A stretch of DNA of 63,771 nt, filler included, from Trichomonas gallinae (GCA_008369845.1; 5 parts of 5 records of this genome joined end to end with filler, not necessarily neighbours in it), one strand, 5' to 3'; shown: positions 1 to 12,100, counted from the whole stretch's first letter. Notes: generated by a model not told the origin, from the letters alone. Translations and numbers: made by a program.

Positions 1-49
1 TTTTTTTTTTTTTTTTTTTTTTTTTTGAAGAGCAAAGATTTAGGAAAAA

Positions 50-1348
50 ATGTCAACCGAAGTACAGGAAGAGAAGCAGTGTCCAGTTTGCCGCACTAAG
101 CAGGCATTAGTCCCGTTACAGTGCTGTGATGAGTGTGCGAACTCTTTGAGAAACACGGAAGTCTCAATTTCACCTGATGTAATGTCCACTGAATTTCAGC
201 CTATTATCAAATCTGAGATCCTCGAGGAGTATTCTCTCGCCATTGCGAACGCAAATGTCGATGACATTGGCTGCATCACACCGAAAAGCAAGAGGAAGCA
301 ATCAAAATACTACAAATCAGTGAACGAATGGGTCGAAATGATGAACGAGCTTGATGAAGTTACAACAGCAAACACAATTCCCATTGACCAGAATGAGGCT
401 ACAGCATGTATTCGCTGGGCTACATACATTTCTTTCTTCATTAACTTTTGCTTGCTGGTCGGCAAAGCTATTGCGCTCTCGGCATCAACATCTTACACAT
501 TAATATCATCTCTTGCCGATTCTTGCTTAGATATCATTGCTGGAACAATTATCTCATGCACAGCCAAGCATTCTAAGTTCACAAGAGACGATCTCAACAA
601 GTATCCAGTCGGAAAGAGCCGCGTTTCGACAGTCGGTTTGCTTATTTTCAGTGTTTTAATGGCATGCTGTGCTGCTTACATCATTATTGAGTGTGTTCAG
701 TCCCTCGTCAAGCAAGAGAAGCCAAACGCCGAATCAACTCTTTCTCTCATTATCATGGGCGGAACTGTTGCTGTGAAATTAACAATGGCTATCGTTTATT
801 ATTGCCTCGGCCACCCAATCACAAAGGCGCTCGCAGAAGATCACCGTAACGATGTTATCACAAACGCAATTGGCTTATTCATGTATTGGGGTGGACACAA
901 GTTAGGCTGGTGGATGGATTCAACAGGTGGTATCATCTTATCCATGTTCATTCTTGTCTCATGGCTCATGAATGCTAAAGAAAACGCAAATATGTTGATG
1001 GGAATTTCTGCTCCAGCAGATGTCATCAGAGCTCTCACATATGTTGCTGCCAACCATCACCCGCTCATTGTTAATGTCGAACAAGTTCTCGCTTTCCAAG
1101 TTGGTCCGCAATATTTCGCAGAATTGCACGTTATCGTGCCAGGCCATATCCCAATCGGTGTTGCACACTGGATTGGTGAGAGCCTTCAGCTGAAGATTGA
1201 AAGAGTTCCAGATATTGAGCGTTGCTGGGTTCACGTTGATGTAGAATCCCACAACGAGAACGAGCACCTGTTGTTCATGAGGGCTACAGGAAAGCTCGAA
1301 AATAAGAAGCAGAGCAGTGAAAATGAAGATACTGCCGCTTTACCATAA
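50..1348 (+). CDS. Cation diffusion facilitator (CDF/MTP) transporter, Mn-CDF type
   Basis: About 6 hydrophobic segments; DSCLD in TM2 and DHRND in TM5 (DxxxD pair typical of Mn-CDF, MTP8-11 group); YPVGKSR motif; C-terminal ZT-dimer-like end (AHWIGESLQLKIE...VHVD). Confidence 0.9.
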   Translation: MSTEVQEEKQCPVCRTKQALVPLQCCDECANSLRNTEVSISPDVMSTEFQPIIKSEILEEYSLAIANANVDDIGCITPKSKRKQSKYYKSVNEWVEMMNELDEVTTANTIPIDQNEATACIRWATYISFFINFCLLVGKAIALSASTSYTLISSLADSCLDIIAGTIISCTAKHSKFTRDDLNKYPVGKSRVSTVGLLIFSVLMACCAAYIIIECVQSLVKQEKPNAESTLSLIIMGGTVAVKLTMAIVYYCLGHPITKALAEDHRNDVITNAIGLFMYWGGHKLGWWMDSTGGIILSMFILVSWLMNAKENANMLMGISAPADVIRALTYVAANHHPLIVNVEQVLAFQVGPQYFAELHVIVPGHIPIGVAHWIGESLQLKIERVPDIERCWVHVDVESHNENEHLLFMRATGKLENKKQSSENEDTAALP

Positions 1349-1734
1349 TTTTTCTAATTTTATTTTCTAATATCTATCGATGTTTATTAAAGACTTAATA
1401 TATGTTGAAACCATAACTCCAAAATTAACGCAATCTATCAAAAATTACTTTGATAATTTGCCCATAACATTATATTTTTCTTCTGTATTTCAAATGGGTG
1501 GTTAATATGGACATACTATAGGTTGATAAACTTATAATAATCATCAGCTTGTGTTCTCACGTAAACATTTGATGTGACTAATCTTAATATCATGAGAATA
1601 AATAGTTAGCATTGAGTAGTTTGCTTTAGATATTGTACAATAGTTTACTTTTCCTAGATAATGCAATTCTTACCGGTAAAAATGAAAAATTGCATGGATG
1701 GAAATAAGTATTTATAACAAATCGATAATATGCT

Positions 1735-1959
1735 TCAATCGGCCTCGGAGTTGGCTGACATATCCAAGTCAATTCTACCGACGGTCAATTCTGCAGAGTC
1801 CGATTCGCACTTAACTGGTGGTAAAAGCTCGGAGAGGTAGAAGTCATCCTCCTCTTCTATCTTAGCATTGCTCATGCGCTTGCTTCCTCTGTCGGCGTTA
1901 CTTACGCGCTTGCTCTTCTTCCTCGCGCCTGCCTTTGCTTTGTCTTCTTCTTTACACAT
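1735..1959 (-). CDS. Small hypothetical protein (basic then acidic, 74 aa)
   Basis: GC-richer than flanks; Inr-like TCA just upstream of ATG; no recognisable domain. Confidence 0.55.
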   Translation of the reverse strand: MCKEEDKAKAGARKKSKRVSNADRGSKRMSNAKIEEEDDFYLSELLPPVKCESDSAELTVGRIDLDMSANSEAD

Positions 1960-2182
1960 TTTGATGAAATTTATAAAAATTTATCGTCTTTAAAATTTTT
2001 ATTTGACCATCCCTTTATTTACTAAATTGTGCATTTATATCGAATTTAAAATCACTTTTGTAATACGGTAGAAATTATTTGACAGAAAAAATATTCAGCA
2101 AAATTTTCGCATATTTTTGCTCTGATGACAATTTTATGATGTTTTGACTTTTAAAAAATTTAGTTGATACATGATCATATAT

Positions 2183-2542
2183 TGTCATGTAAATATAGAA
2201 AATGTCGTGTAATTTAATGTTTTGGCATGTAAATTGATATTTTGGTATGTAAAGTGAAAATTTTGGAATGTAAATTGTATTTATGACGTGTAAATTCTAA
2301 ATTTTGGTAGGATTTGCCTACAAAGTTGTAAACTCTGTAAAAAGTTGTAGAATCACAACCTACCGTAGATGAAAACTATTAATAGATGATTCTTTAATGT
2401 TTACAATTACTATATGCAAAAGATTGGCGCCTGAAAAGCATTTTAATGTTTAAAATGACTCAAGTTTCTACTGCTATGTTATAGATTCTTTGTCATGTAA
2501 ATGAATGTTTTGAAATGTAAATTAGATTTATGACATGTAAAT
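2183..2542 (+). repeat. Degenerate ~20-bp periodic repeat, core TGWCATGTAAAT (two arrays: 2183-2295, 2472-2542)
   Basis: Units start at 2183, 2203, 2223, 2243, 2264, 2284 and 2472, 2491, 2511, 2531. Confidence 0.85.
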
Positions 2543-2554
2543 CGATCAAATTTA

Positions 2555-3892
2555 ATGCAAGAACTGATTGAAGATCCTGAGCAAGAGATTTTAGATTTAG
2601 TTGATACATCAAGTATGAAAATGATAATTAGGAATGATCAGGACATATTTCGCATATATAATAGTATAAATGAAGGCTATTTTCAAGGCAATTTTGATTT
2701 ATTTTTTGAAAACATTAGATTGTTAGCTGGATATGCAGAACAATACTCACTTGTATATTCTCAAGATTTTAAACTTATAAAAATAGATGAAATACTATAT
2801 CATATATTGAATGATCCAAATATAGATATTTTTATTCAAAAAACCGCCTTCAAAATCATATATTTCCTGACTGTTGAAAGTTCAAATGGTTTTTGTCCAA
2901 TATTTTCAACTGATATATTTTTAATTTTATATAAAAATATATTTGAAGAAGGAAATCCTAAGAAACTGAAATATATCCTCAAAATTCTGAATAATTTAGC
3001 ATCAAACTCAGATCTTGCATGTAAATTTATTATTGAAGAAATTAGATTACCATCAATAATAGCATTGATGCTCAAAAAGAACCAAAGATCGGAGTTTATC
3101 GGCTTTTCTGCGAGATTACTATATTCATTACTAACAAACACGCAAATTAGTGAAATTCAATTATTAATCGATGCTTCTGCATTTTTGATTATGAAAGAAG
3201 ATATAAATATTTCATCATGGGGACTATGGATATTGTGTAAATGTTGCACATCAAATGAATTCGCTTCAAGCATTCTCCATATTCCAAATTTTGTTGAATA
3301 TCTTTCTAATTACATTATTATGCCTAACCAATTTATACAACAACCAGCTCTCACACTTCTCTTGCAGATACATACGTTCATTGATGATTCTATTGAAGGT
3401 TTTGATTATAGATTTTTAATTGATTTTCTAGATCCATCAAAAGAAGACAATTTCGAATTTTCTGATATAGTTGCATCAATATTTGCCAATATCATGACAA
3501 ATCCAACAGCAACGGAGAAATTTATAAGTGAAGGTTATTTAATCTTTTTAATCGAAGCATTTACGACTGGAAAAATCAAAACACAAGAATGTGTGATTGA
3601 TGCAGTATTCAATGCAGTCCAAACTGTTCCAAAACATTTAATTCATAAATTTTTAGAAGATAACATCTTTGAAGTTTTAATTCCCGCTATGGAGATCTCC
3701 AATAGTGGAGTTTTAGCAAAGATTTTGTCCATTTTGCTCACTATTCTCCTAATTCCCGAATTTTTAACAGAATTTACTCAAAATATCGAAGAAGACTCGT
3801 TTAGTATCATTGCTGAAGACGAATCAGAATCAGTTGAAATATTATATAACAAATTTTTGGAAAACTACCCTCAATTCGCACCTAAAGACTAA
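2555..3892 (+). CDS. Hypothetical ARM/HEAT-like helical protein
   Basis: 445-aa ORF, Ile/Leu-rich helical pattern with ARM-like segments (LKILNNLASNSD, SIFANI). Confidence 0.65.
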   Translation: MQELIEDPEQEILDLVDTSSMKMIIRNDQDIFRIYNSINEGYFQGNFDLFFENIRLLAGYAEQYSLVYSQDFKLIKIDEILYHILNDPNIDIFIQKTAFKIIYFLTVESSNGFCPIFSTDIFLILYKNIFEEGNPKKLKYILKILNNLASNSDLACKFIIEEIRLPSIIALMLKKNQRSEFIGFSARLLYSLLTNTQISEIQLLIDASAFLIMKEDINISSWGLWILCKCCTSNEFASSILHIPNFVEYLSNYIIMPNQFIQQPALTLLLQIHTFIDDSIEGFDYRFLIDFLDPSKEDNFEFSDIVASIFANIMTNPTATEKFISEGYLIFLIEAFTTGKIKTQECVIDAVFNAVQTVPKHLIHKFLEDNIFEVLIPAMEISNSGVLAKILSILLTILLIPEFLTEFTQNIEEDSFSIIAEDESESVEILYNKFLENYPQFAPKD

Positions 3893-4622
3893 AATATTAA
3901 TGTTTGCTATCAACCAACACATTACACACTAACATAGATATATCATATGAACAAATTAAGAAGAGTGCCTGAACAAACCTTTTAATCAGCGCCAAAAGTT
4001 GTCTAGAAAAGAAATAAAGCATAAAAATATATACATTAACACTCTCTATTAATAATTAAACGGTATCTAAACAGCTTTATTCAAATATAGACAATTATGC
4101 CCGGTCCTGGATAGGTTTGTCTGCTCACAATAATATATTCTCTAATAAAGATTTTTAATTATTGAGTTTCATACATTCTACATATAACTAATTTAATTAT
4201 ATCGTAACACATGTAAATTCCATCTCACATATGACATATGATTTCGTTTGATATTACAAAGATATTTTGATTATTAAAGAACAATACATTTAAAATACAA
4301 AACGGAATAGTCATATATCTTCCATGTGTTATGTCAGTCAATATAATGATTGTGTTTTAGTTATAATAAAGATTTTTCCAAAAATGACTAAAAGTGCCAA
4401 ACGATTTGGTCTTTTTCGATTTAGTCGATTTTCTTATTTGTTATGTTTTATATAACCATTTTATGCATCAAAAACGCAAAAATACTGTAAAATATTGAAG
4501 AGATCAGAAATCTTCATGTAAAATCGAAACGATTTAAAAATTCAGTTATATACAATGCATATATGAATATTCTAGGAGGAGAAATGCTCATTTTTTTATA
4601 TTGGAGAGAATAATATATATCA

Positions 4623-6074
4623 ATGTCATATGTCGAGTATTTAACGATCCACGGATGCAAGATTGCAGCAGAATACTGGGATAACTACGTGGTTCTATCA
4701 AGTAATTGCAGCATACCCGTAAGTTTCGAATACGAATTATCATTCAATGCAGGAAGATACAGCGAAATCCGTGTTTCTAACATCGATAAGCTTGCTAATA
4801 ACGCGTTTCATGATCTACGGCATGTTAGAAAAGTAATAATAAATGATACAGTAAAAGAACTCGGTAGAAGTTCGTTTTCTTACTGCTACTCTCTCGAAGA
4901 AGTCGTTTTACCGTCACATCTTACAATACTACCTGATGAAACATTCTTAAACTGCCGCCAATTATTAAAAGTTACTTTACCAGAGAATATAGTAACAATA
5001 GGAGCCAAAGCATTCAAAGATTGCAATCAATTAAGGAAATTAATCATTCCCTCGAAGGTTTCTATCATTGAACACAATGCATTTCAAAATTGCAATTCAT
5101 TAATGAATATTGAACTGCCTGAAGGACTTAAAGAAATACATGAAGGAGCTTTTTGCAACACAGGATTTACAGAAATCAACTTCCCAAGCACTATAACATT
5201 CTTCGGAAATGAAACATTCAAAGGATGCGAAAAACTCGTCAGCATTAAGTTTACTTCTCCATCGAATACGTCAATGAACATGTTCGAGAACTGCCCTAAA
5301 CTATCATATGTGTCATTAAGCAATTCCATGCAGATGATCGAATCTTATACTTTCAAGAAATGCGAGAAAATAGTGAGAATAACATTACCTGAAGACCTGA
5401 GGATAGTCAAAACCAACGCTTTCGAAGGCTGCAGTGGTATAGAAATCCTCGAAATTCCCCAAAAAGTTTGCATTTTAGAGCCGCTCTTCATTTCGGGCTG
5501 TAATAGGCTGAAATCTATAACAGTGCATCCACGCAACACGCACTTTATTATAGACCAGGGAGCCCTCATGACATATTCGAAGAACAGACTGATCCTTTAC
5601 CCAGCCTTGTGCCAGAACAGGAACTTTACTATACCCGACGAAATTGTATTATTTGATGATAAGGCATTTGCTGGTGTAAACTATCTGAAGACGATCGTCC
5701 TGCCTGACAATATAAAGTTCATGTCCATAAAACACGCTTTCGTTGACTGTACATCAGTTGATCAGATTATTTATTCTGGAACAGAAGAATTGAGGCATAA
5801 CATGTTGTTCTTCTTGAAAGGAAGGATAAAAAAGGTTGTTGCTCCTTATGCTTATAAGTTTAACAACCTTGGAGGATTGATGATCACAGATCGAACGGGA
5901 GAGTTCATTCCAGAGCCAACTCCAACAGTGAAAATCATTGTAAAGAAGAGCTACACTGCAGTTTATATAGGAATTCTCATCACTTTGACATTGATGATTT
6001 CCATTATTGTTATTGTCATCAAAGTCACAAGCATGCCTGTGAAAACACCAGATGCGCTCCTTCAAAATAGTTAA
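4623..6074 (+). CDS. BspA-like leucine-rich-repeat (TpLRR/LRR_5) surface protein with C-terminal TM
   Basis: Repeated LP..I..I...AF..C..L units; PEPTPT stalk; hydrophobic TM (AVYIGILITLTLMISIIVIVI); short tail ending DALL. Confidence 0.9.
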   Translation: MSYVEYLTIHGCKIAAEYWDNYVVLSSNCSIPVSFEYELSFNAGRYSEIRVSNIDKLANNAFHDLRHVRKVIINDTVKELGRSSFSYCYSLEEVVLPSHLTILPDETFLNCRQLLKVTLPENIVTIGAKAFKDCNQLRKLIIPSKVSIIEHNAFQNCNSLMNIELPEGLKEIHEGAFCNTGFTEINFPSTITFFGNETFKGCEKLVSIKFTSPSNTSMNMFENCPKLSYVSLSNSMQMIESYTFKKCEKIVRITLPEDLRIVKTNAFEGCSGIEILEIPQKVCILEPLFISGCNRLKSITVHPRNTHFIIDQGALMTYSKNRLILYPALCQNRNFTIPDEIVLFDDKAFAGVNYLKTIVLPDNIKFMSIKHAFVDCTSVDQIIYSGTEELRHNMLFFLKGRIKKVVAPYAYKFNNLGGLMITDRTGEFIPEPTPTVKIIVKKSYTAVYIGILITLTLMISIIVIVIKVTSMPVKTPDALLQNS

Positions 6075-6504
6075 TTTATAATTTATATGATTTTTTGTTG
6101 AATCATATTAATTTAATTTTGTATGTAATAAAAATTATTAGTGAAATCTTAAATATTAGCTACTTTTTATCAGCAAATTTTGTTTGTTTTCCGAAATTAG
6201 TCACTTTCCATTATAGATTTACAACTTAAAATTTTTCATCATTAAAATCATTGTGATAGACATGATACTTATAGGCAACAATTGGAATATATAGAAGTAT
6301 GTGGAGATACCATAGGCAGAAGGCAATTAAAGTGTTTATATATTGAAATAAAAAAAATATCATGATTTTTACAATGTTGATGGATAGAATTGAAGGGTTA
6401 ATAAAACAAATATTTACAATAACAATATCATTCACCATTTCATGGTAATATTTTTTCAATAATAAGATTTTGTGTCTAAATTAATGATTAGGAAAAAAGA
6501 AATA

Positions 6505-7290
6505 CTAATTATCCTTCGAGTTTTGTTCAATTGATAGTCTGATTTCGCGCATAATTTTTTCATGCTTTTCTTTCGAGTCTTTGATCTTTTGTTCGATCTC
6601 ATCTGTCTTCTGTTCGACCTCTTTGATCTGAGAGCGCAATTGTTCGGCGCGCATTCCGATTTGTCCACTTTGTGTTTCTTCTTGGATCTTCTTTTCTTGT
6701 TTGAGCTTTTTGATTTTGGCTGCAAGCTTTGCATTAGCGTTTTCGTACTTTCTAAGCTTCTCTTCAAGCATTTGAATCTTATTTGCTTGCTTTTCGTATA
6801 CAGCTGGTCCGTTTGTTGCCAACAATTCATCCAACTCACGTTTTGCATTACTGAGATCGATTTTCTGCTGGCATTGAAGATCGTGGAGTCTTAGACGCTC
6901 TTGATAAATAATTTTTGCTTCTTCCTGAAGCTCTTGGCGTTCAGCTGCATTATCACTTCGAAGTAAATCGTTGATTTGAGCATTTTGCTGTCTAATCAAA
7001 TGCTCTACGGACTTGTATTCACGATCAAGTTGTGTTAACAAGTTTTGATTCGAAGTCCCAGACCTTGTTGAGCGCTTACTTTGAGTCTCTAATCTGACTA
7101 TTTTCGCTTTCAACTGAGTACGTTCGTCTATAAGGCGTTGTTTTTCTATCTTAAGTTCGTTAACATCTTCTTTCGTGACGTGGGCTGATCTTAAGCGTGA
7201 AGTTGTCGTTTTGTCTCTCCTTGGATCATGCAGAATGTTGTATGGCTTATCAGGAAGGTAACTACGGCCAGATTGACTTCCTCTCCTCAT
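6505..7290 (-). CDS. Coiled-coil hypothetical protein
   Basis: 261-aa ORF, K/E/Q/L-rich heptad pattern. Confidence 0.75.
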   Translation of the reverse strand: MRRGSQSGRSYLPDKPYNILHDPRRDKTTTSRLRSAHVTKEDVNELKIEKQRLIDERTQLKAKIVRLETQSKRSTRSGTSNQNLLTQLDREYKSVEHLIRQQNAQINDLLRSDNAAERQELQEEAKIIYQERLRLHDLQCQQKIDLSNAKRELDELLATNGPAVYEKQANKIQMLEEKLRKYENANAKLAAKIKKLKQEKKIQEETQSGQIGMRAEQLRSQIKEVEQKTDEIEQKIKDSKEKHEKIMREIRLSIEQNSKDN

Positions 7291-7916
7291 TTTTGTTTGT
7301 TATCGTTTAAAATAATCGTTTTTTAAATCATAAATTCAATAAATTTTAGTGTTTTTAGCATCTATATAAATACATTAATCGAAATCACATAAAATTTTTG
7401 GATTTTGATTTTCATTGACAAAATTGCATATTTCTCGATAATAAAAAATATTATGTTTCTAAAAATCCAATAGACCAAAAATTTATTTAGTCATTAAATA
7501 ATATAATTTATAAGAATATATATAATACCTATTATTTAAATTTTAAAAATATTGGTATACAACTATTAAAAATCATTAAAAATAAATTTTTGATTTTGAT
7601 TAATAAAAAATCTGAAAATTTGGGGATAGATATATATACTTGTATACACTTTGAATTTTATATGAAAAGAAGGAATATATTTTGATTTTTTCATTCAATA
7701 TAAGAGAATACAGAAATGAAAAAAAAAAAAAATCGGAAATGATGAAATGATGTTTTTATATGAATACTTTTCATTATCTATTTTTTATTTGTTCAAATAT
7801 TTTCCGAGATTTCTGAATTCGTAGGCTGTGTAAAACCTGTTTGTGTTTAATATATAGTCTAGCTTGGTCAATTTATTCGAAAGTTAAGGTCTAATAAAAA
7901 ACTAATTTCAATAACA

Positions 7917-8504
7917 TTAACAGCAGCCTTTCTGACTACTTGCCTTAGTAAGATTTGGAGAAGGTCCAAATTGAGATTTTTGTACCGAATTTCCAAGTTT
8001 AGAAGCTACAGAATTAAATAAATCATCGATACCATCACCTGTTTGTGCAGATGTAAAGAAAACCTGGCAATCATGTTCTTTTCCCCAATCTTGAACTCTT
8101 TCTCGAGTTACAGCTGCTTCTAAATCGATTTTATTCGCGCATAAAAATATTGGACATTTAATTCCCATTTCTCCACGCACTTTAGTTATCCAGTCGTCAC
8201 AGCCATTAAAAGAATCTTCGTTTGTTATATCGCAAACTAAAATAAGAAGAGATGCATGTCTCGTGTAAAGTGGAACAAGGCTTCTAAACTTCTCCTGGCC
8301 CGCAGTATCCCATATAGTGAGCTTTACATCGCGGTCTTTGTTTCTAATTGTGACTTGCGCAGTAGAAACACCAACTGTTGGCGTTGTATTTCCTGTAAAT
8401 TTCTCAGAAGTGAATCGACTTACGATACTTGTTTTACCAACATTAGCGTCGCCAATAAGCGGCACTTTGTACATCTCACCGTCTTGTCCAGGCAAGTGCT
8501 GCAT
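7917..8504 (-). CDS. Rab-family small GTPase
   Basis: GDANVGKT, WDTAGQEKF, NKID and TSA motifs; C-terminal CC prenylation signal. Confidence 0.95.
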   Translation of the reverse strand: MQHLPGQDGEMYKVPLIGDANVGKTSIVSRFTSEKFTGNTTPTVGVSTAQVTIRNKDRDVKLTIWDTAGQEKFRSLVPLYTRHASLLILVCDITNEDSFNGCDDWITKVRGEMGIKCPIFLCANKIDLEAAVTRERVQDWGKEHDCQVFFTSAQTGDGIDDLFNSVASKLGNSVQKSQFGPSPNLTKASSQKGCC

Positions 8505-8525
8505 GAGATTTTAAAAATATTGGAT

Positions 8526-8562
8526 ATGTCACCTTTTATTCGAGGTGTTGTAAAAGTGACAT
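8526..8562. promoter_or_regulatory. Inverted pair of M2-like (AAAGTGAC) core-promoter motifs
   Basis: ATGTCACCTTTTA (8526-8538) and TAAAAGTGACAT (8551-8562), 22-58 nt upstream of the Rab ATG. Confidence 0.5.
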
Positions 8563-9102
8563 TTTTGTTTTTTTTTTATCGATTGTTTGATCCCTTCCTA
8601 TGATACTTTGTCTTTCGATTCCTTCATTTGCTGAGCTTTTATTGGGAAATAGATGACATAGGATGCATTATTCGCTTTATTTGATATTGTTTCAAAATAT
8701 TGTTGCTAAAATTAACTAATATCATTTGCCAATAGAAATTAAATTGTCAAAAAGTGATATTTAAGTAATCAAAACCTGAATATCTATTCAATATATTTAC
8801 TGAAAAAAATATTTTGATCAGGAACTATCTCATTTCGTAGCAAAATTGATTTATATGACTTGAAGTATATACTATATTATAATGACATAATCTCATTTCA
8901 TTTATTTTAATTTCAGATTTGATTTGGGCTCTGTAAGTAAAAGATTAGATAGATCTGCTCATGAATATTATTGTGGCATGAATATTTTGTCTTGATATAA
9001 GAATTGTAATGTAATAAAATTTTTGACAATCATTTATTATGATGCAAATAGATGTGTTTTTGTCAGTAAAGTAAATTTTTAGTGAAAACTTGTCATAATT
9101 TT

Positions 9103-12100
9103 ATGGAAGCTGAGATATTTTCGAAGTATCATGATCCATTCTTCGAAATTCTCATGCTTAAAGTTGATTCCACGCAGAAGGCAATTCTGCAGAATTCGAA
9201 TTTTAAGTTATTAATCGATTCTATCCCGAATTTGCAATTAAATCAAGATGAAGTCTCGAAAATGAACCGAAAAATCATGGAAGGAGGTAAATATTCCGAT
9301 GTATTATCAAGTTATAATATTTATATTCAATATAAACCTTCATTAATTCCAACACTTCCCGAATTTGATAAATTAACGAACGCAGAAATTGATGTTTTTT
9401 GCAAATTCATACTAATAACATATAATGGATGGGTTTTGCAGCAGGATAAGAAAACAACAATGATACATTTCTCAACAATTTGCGAAAATTTAATAAAAAT
9501 TGTAAACACAAACTACAAAAGACTGGTTGAAAGTGCCATAATTCGCTGTTTTGCGTACTGTGCTTATATCAATGAAGCAAATTACCAAATAATTCTTTAC
9601 ACAACCATGGCAAAATATCTCGAAACAACGAAATCAGTCGAAAACTCTATCTACAACGTAATATTAACGATCTATAATAACATTTTATTCCATAGAGACT
9701 GGGAAATATTGAACTCAGACAAAGAATTTTTAAAAGTTATTGTTAAAATGCTAGAAAAACATGGAAATGTTAAAGATATCGAATACATACAGTCAATAGT
9801 ATTGCTTACCAAAACATATCTAATGAATTTGGAACCAGTTGCTATTGATCTCTTAAATAAGGCATTAAAATACTTAATTTTTGATGAAAAGCAGAAAATT
9901 GTCACAAAGTTTACGTCATATCTAACTATATTCATCAAAGAAAACGGCATGCACGTATGTTTTGCATGTAATCCAAACACGGAACCAATTTTCGTTGATG
10001 TTACTAAGTACTCTAAGCTTCTAAATCAAGATTTCCCAATGATAGAGACATTTGGTGGTGATCTGAGGAATACTCCGCAGATAAACTTACCAGAAAGCTA
10101 CGAAATAGAAAACTACATCACAGAAAAAGTCTTCGAGAAACTGCAAATTGTCATCGATTTATTAGTGAATAATGCTGATATCATTGACACATTTTTCTCT
10201 GTTTTAATCGCAGAAAGTTATACAAATCACGATGTTTACGCAGTATTATTATACATGTCAATAGAATGCTTGAAAACTGTTAATTTCAACACACGTTTTG
10301 ACACGTTTTTCATGGAATCAGGATTAATCGATCCAACGATTATTTGCTCCGAGTATTTTTCTGACATAGAAGTAATAAACAACTTCAGACAGGCAGCTTT
10401 AACTGTCGTAATAATGTCAGGTCAGGCAACTTATTCACATATATTAAAATATTGTGCTGAGAGACCACTACTTTTCACAGAGTTTTTGTTAAGATGCGCG
10501 TCAATGACAGAATTAGTTTCATCGAGAATTTTTAAAGTGTCAACAAAAATGATGCATGAATTTTTAACATATTTCGTCATCTATCAAAATATTAATTACA
10601 GCGGATTTCGCATTGTCGAGGGCTGCAGATATGCAATGTTCTTGTTCTTATCTTTGTTATTAACGAAAGGAAACCTACAAGAAGAATTTTTCGCTGATTT
10701 GAAATTCTGCGAAACAATTTTTTCTTTTCTTTTTGAAGAATCAGTCAGACCTTTCATTATCGGCATTCTGAGGTCATTCTTGAACTTGGAAAGCACAGTT
10801 GTTGCGCAGGTTATTGGTATTTCACTATCAAATGTCACTGAACACACGAGGATGAGTTTTCCTGACGAAAAATCTGTTTTGCTTGATAATGATATTATTC
10901 AAACTGTTGTTGATGCTTTGTCACATAGAATCAGCTTAGGTGAAGTCTTCATTGTCATGTGCAAATCATTGGCTTTATCGATTACATTAGTAGACAACTC
11001 GAAGAACTCGCAAATCTTTCTTTTAGGCGCTTTGCAATTATTCGCTTATTGTTCGCATGTTTTCGAGTTCAATGAAGACGAAAGACTTTCTTTGACTTGC
11101 TCAATCAAAATAGCTTTCGGAGAAGAGCCTCCAATAGAGATATTTAATGGATTACTACAAATTATATCAGGAAATAACTCTAATTTCAAGAATCATTCAT
11201 TTTTAATTCGAAGGCCGAAGATTTTGCAGGTTTTGTACAAAGTTTTCGAACATTCAAAAACGATTTACAAAGTTTTGGAATTCATTGACAAACTATGCCA
11301 ATATAATCAAAACAATATTTACGCCTGCAGAGAAGGTGGCATTGACTCATTGATTATCAACACATTGTTGCAAGTCTGGTACAGCAAACAGCCGCCAGAT
11401 GAAGAATTCATTGATCTTTGTTTATCACTTTTGCACAAGATTTGTTCATTGATTTCAACAATAACAATCGTTCAGAGAATATTAGCATTATTGTGTCCAT
11501 TCGAAAATGAGCATCTTCCTTTCTATTTCAGCAGGATTCTAAATGGAGTCAATAAAATTGCAGCGAGTGCAGTGAATCAGCCGAAATCTTTCGTCGTGAT
11601 GAATAAAGATTTTATACTTAAACCTGAACAAAAACTTGTCATAGATAAAAAGTTTTGGTTCATCTGCTGGATAAAACTACAAGAAGTTTCTCATAAATAC
11701 AATCCAAACTTATTCACTGCAACTAATTCTAAAGGAGAGAAAATTGTTCAGTTTTCATTAAGAGGAAATCAAATTTCAATTTACATGAGATCAAAAACGA
11801 TGACAAATCATTCAACAATTGATAGAGATATCAAAGTCCAAGAGTGGACATTCTTTGCCATTGAATGCCTGATTAACACAGATGGTTGTATTTTCACACC
11901 TTATATTGGTTCTTCCGTTACACCAGCTTTTAATTTCCCACTGATGATGCTAAACGATAAAGATAATTCACTGAGTTTAACATTTGGCGGCCTCGAAGAA
12001 GATATTAACGTTGAAGACTTCTCGTATGCATTGTTGGGTGGATTGGCTCTATTCAGTGATTGTGAGATAGAAAACATCTACAGATTCGATCAGCATGGTC

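Noticed and set aside
1..26. Poly-T at window start and poly-A near 59664-59704
   Set aside because: Homopolymers at sequence ends where assembly broke; no evidence of retrocopy tails
2183..2295. CRISPR-like appearance of the periodic repeats
   Set aside because: Units are only ~20 bp, degenerate, with no unique 25-45-bp spacers or cas genes; eukaryotic context
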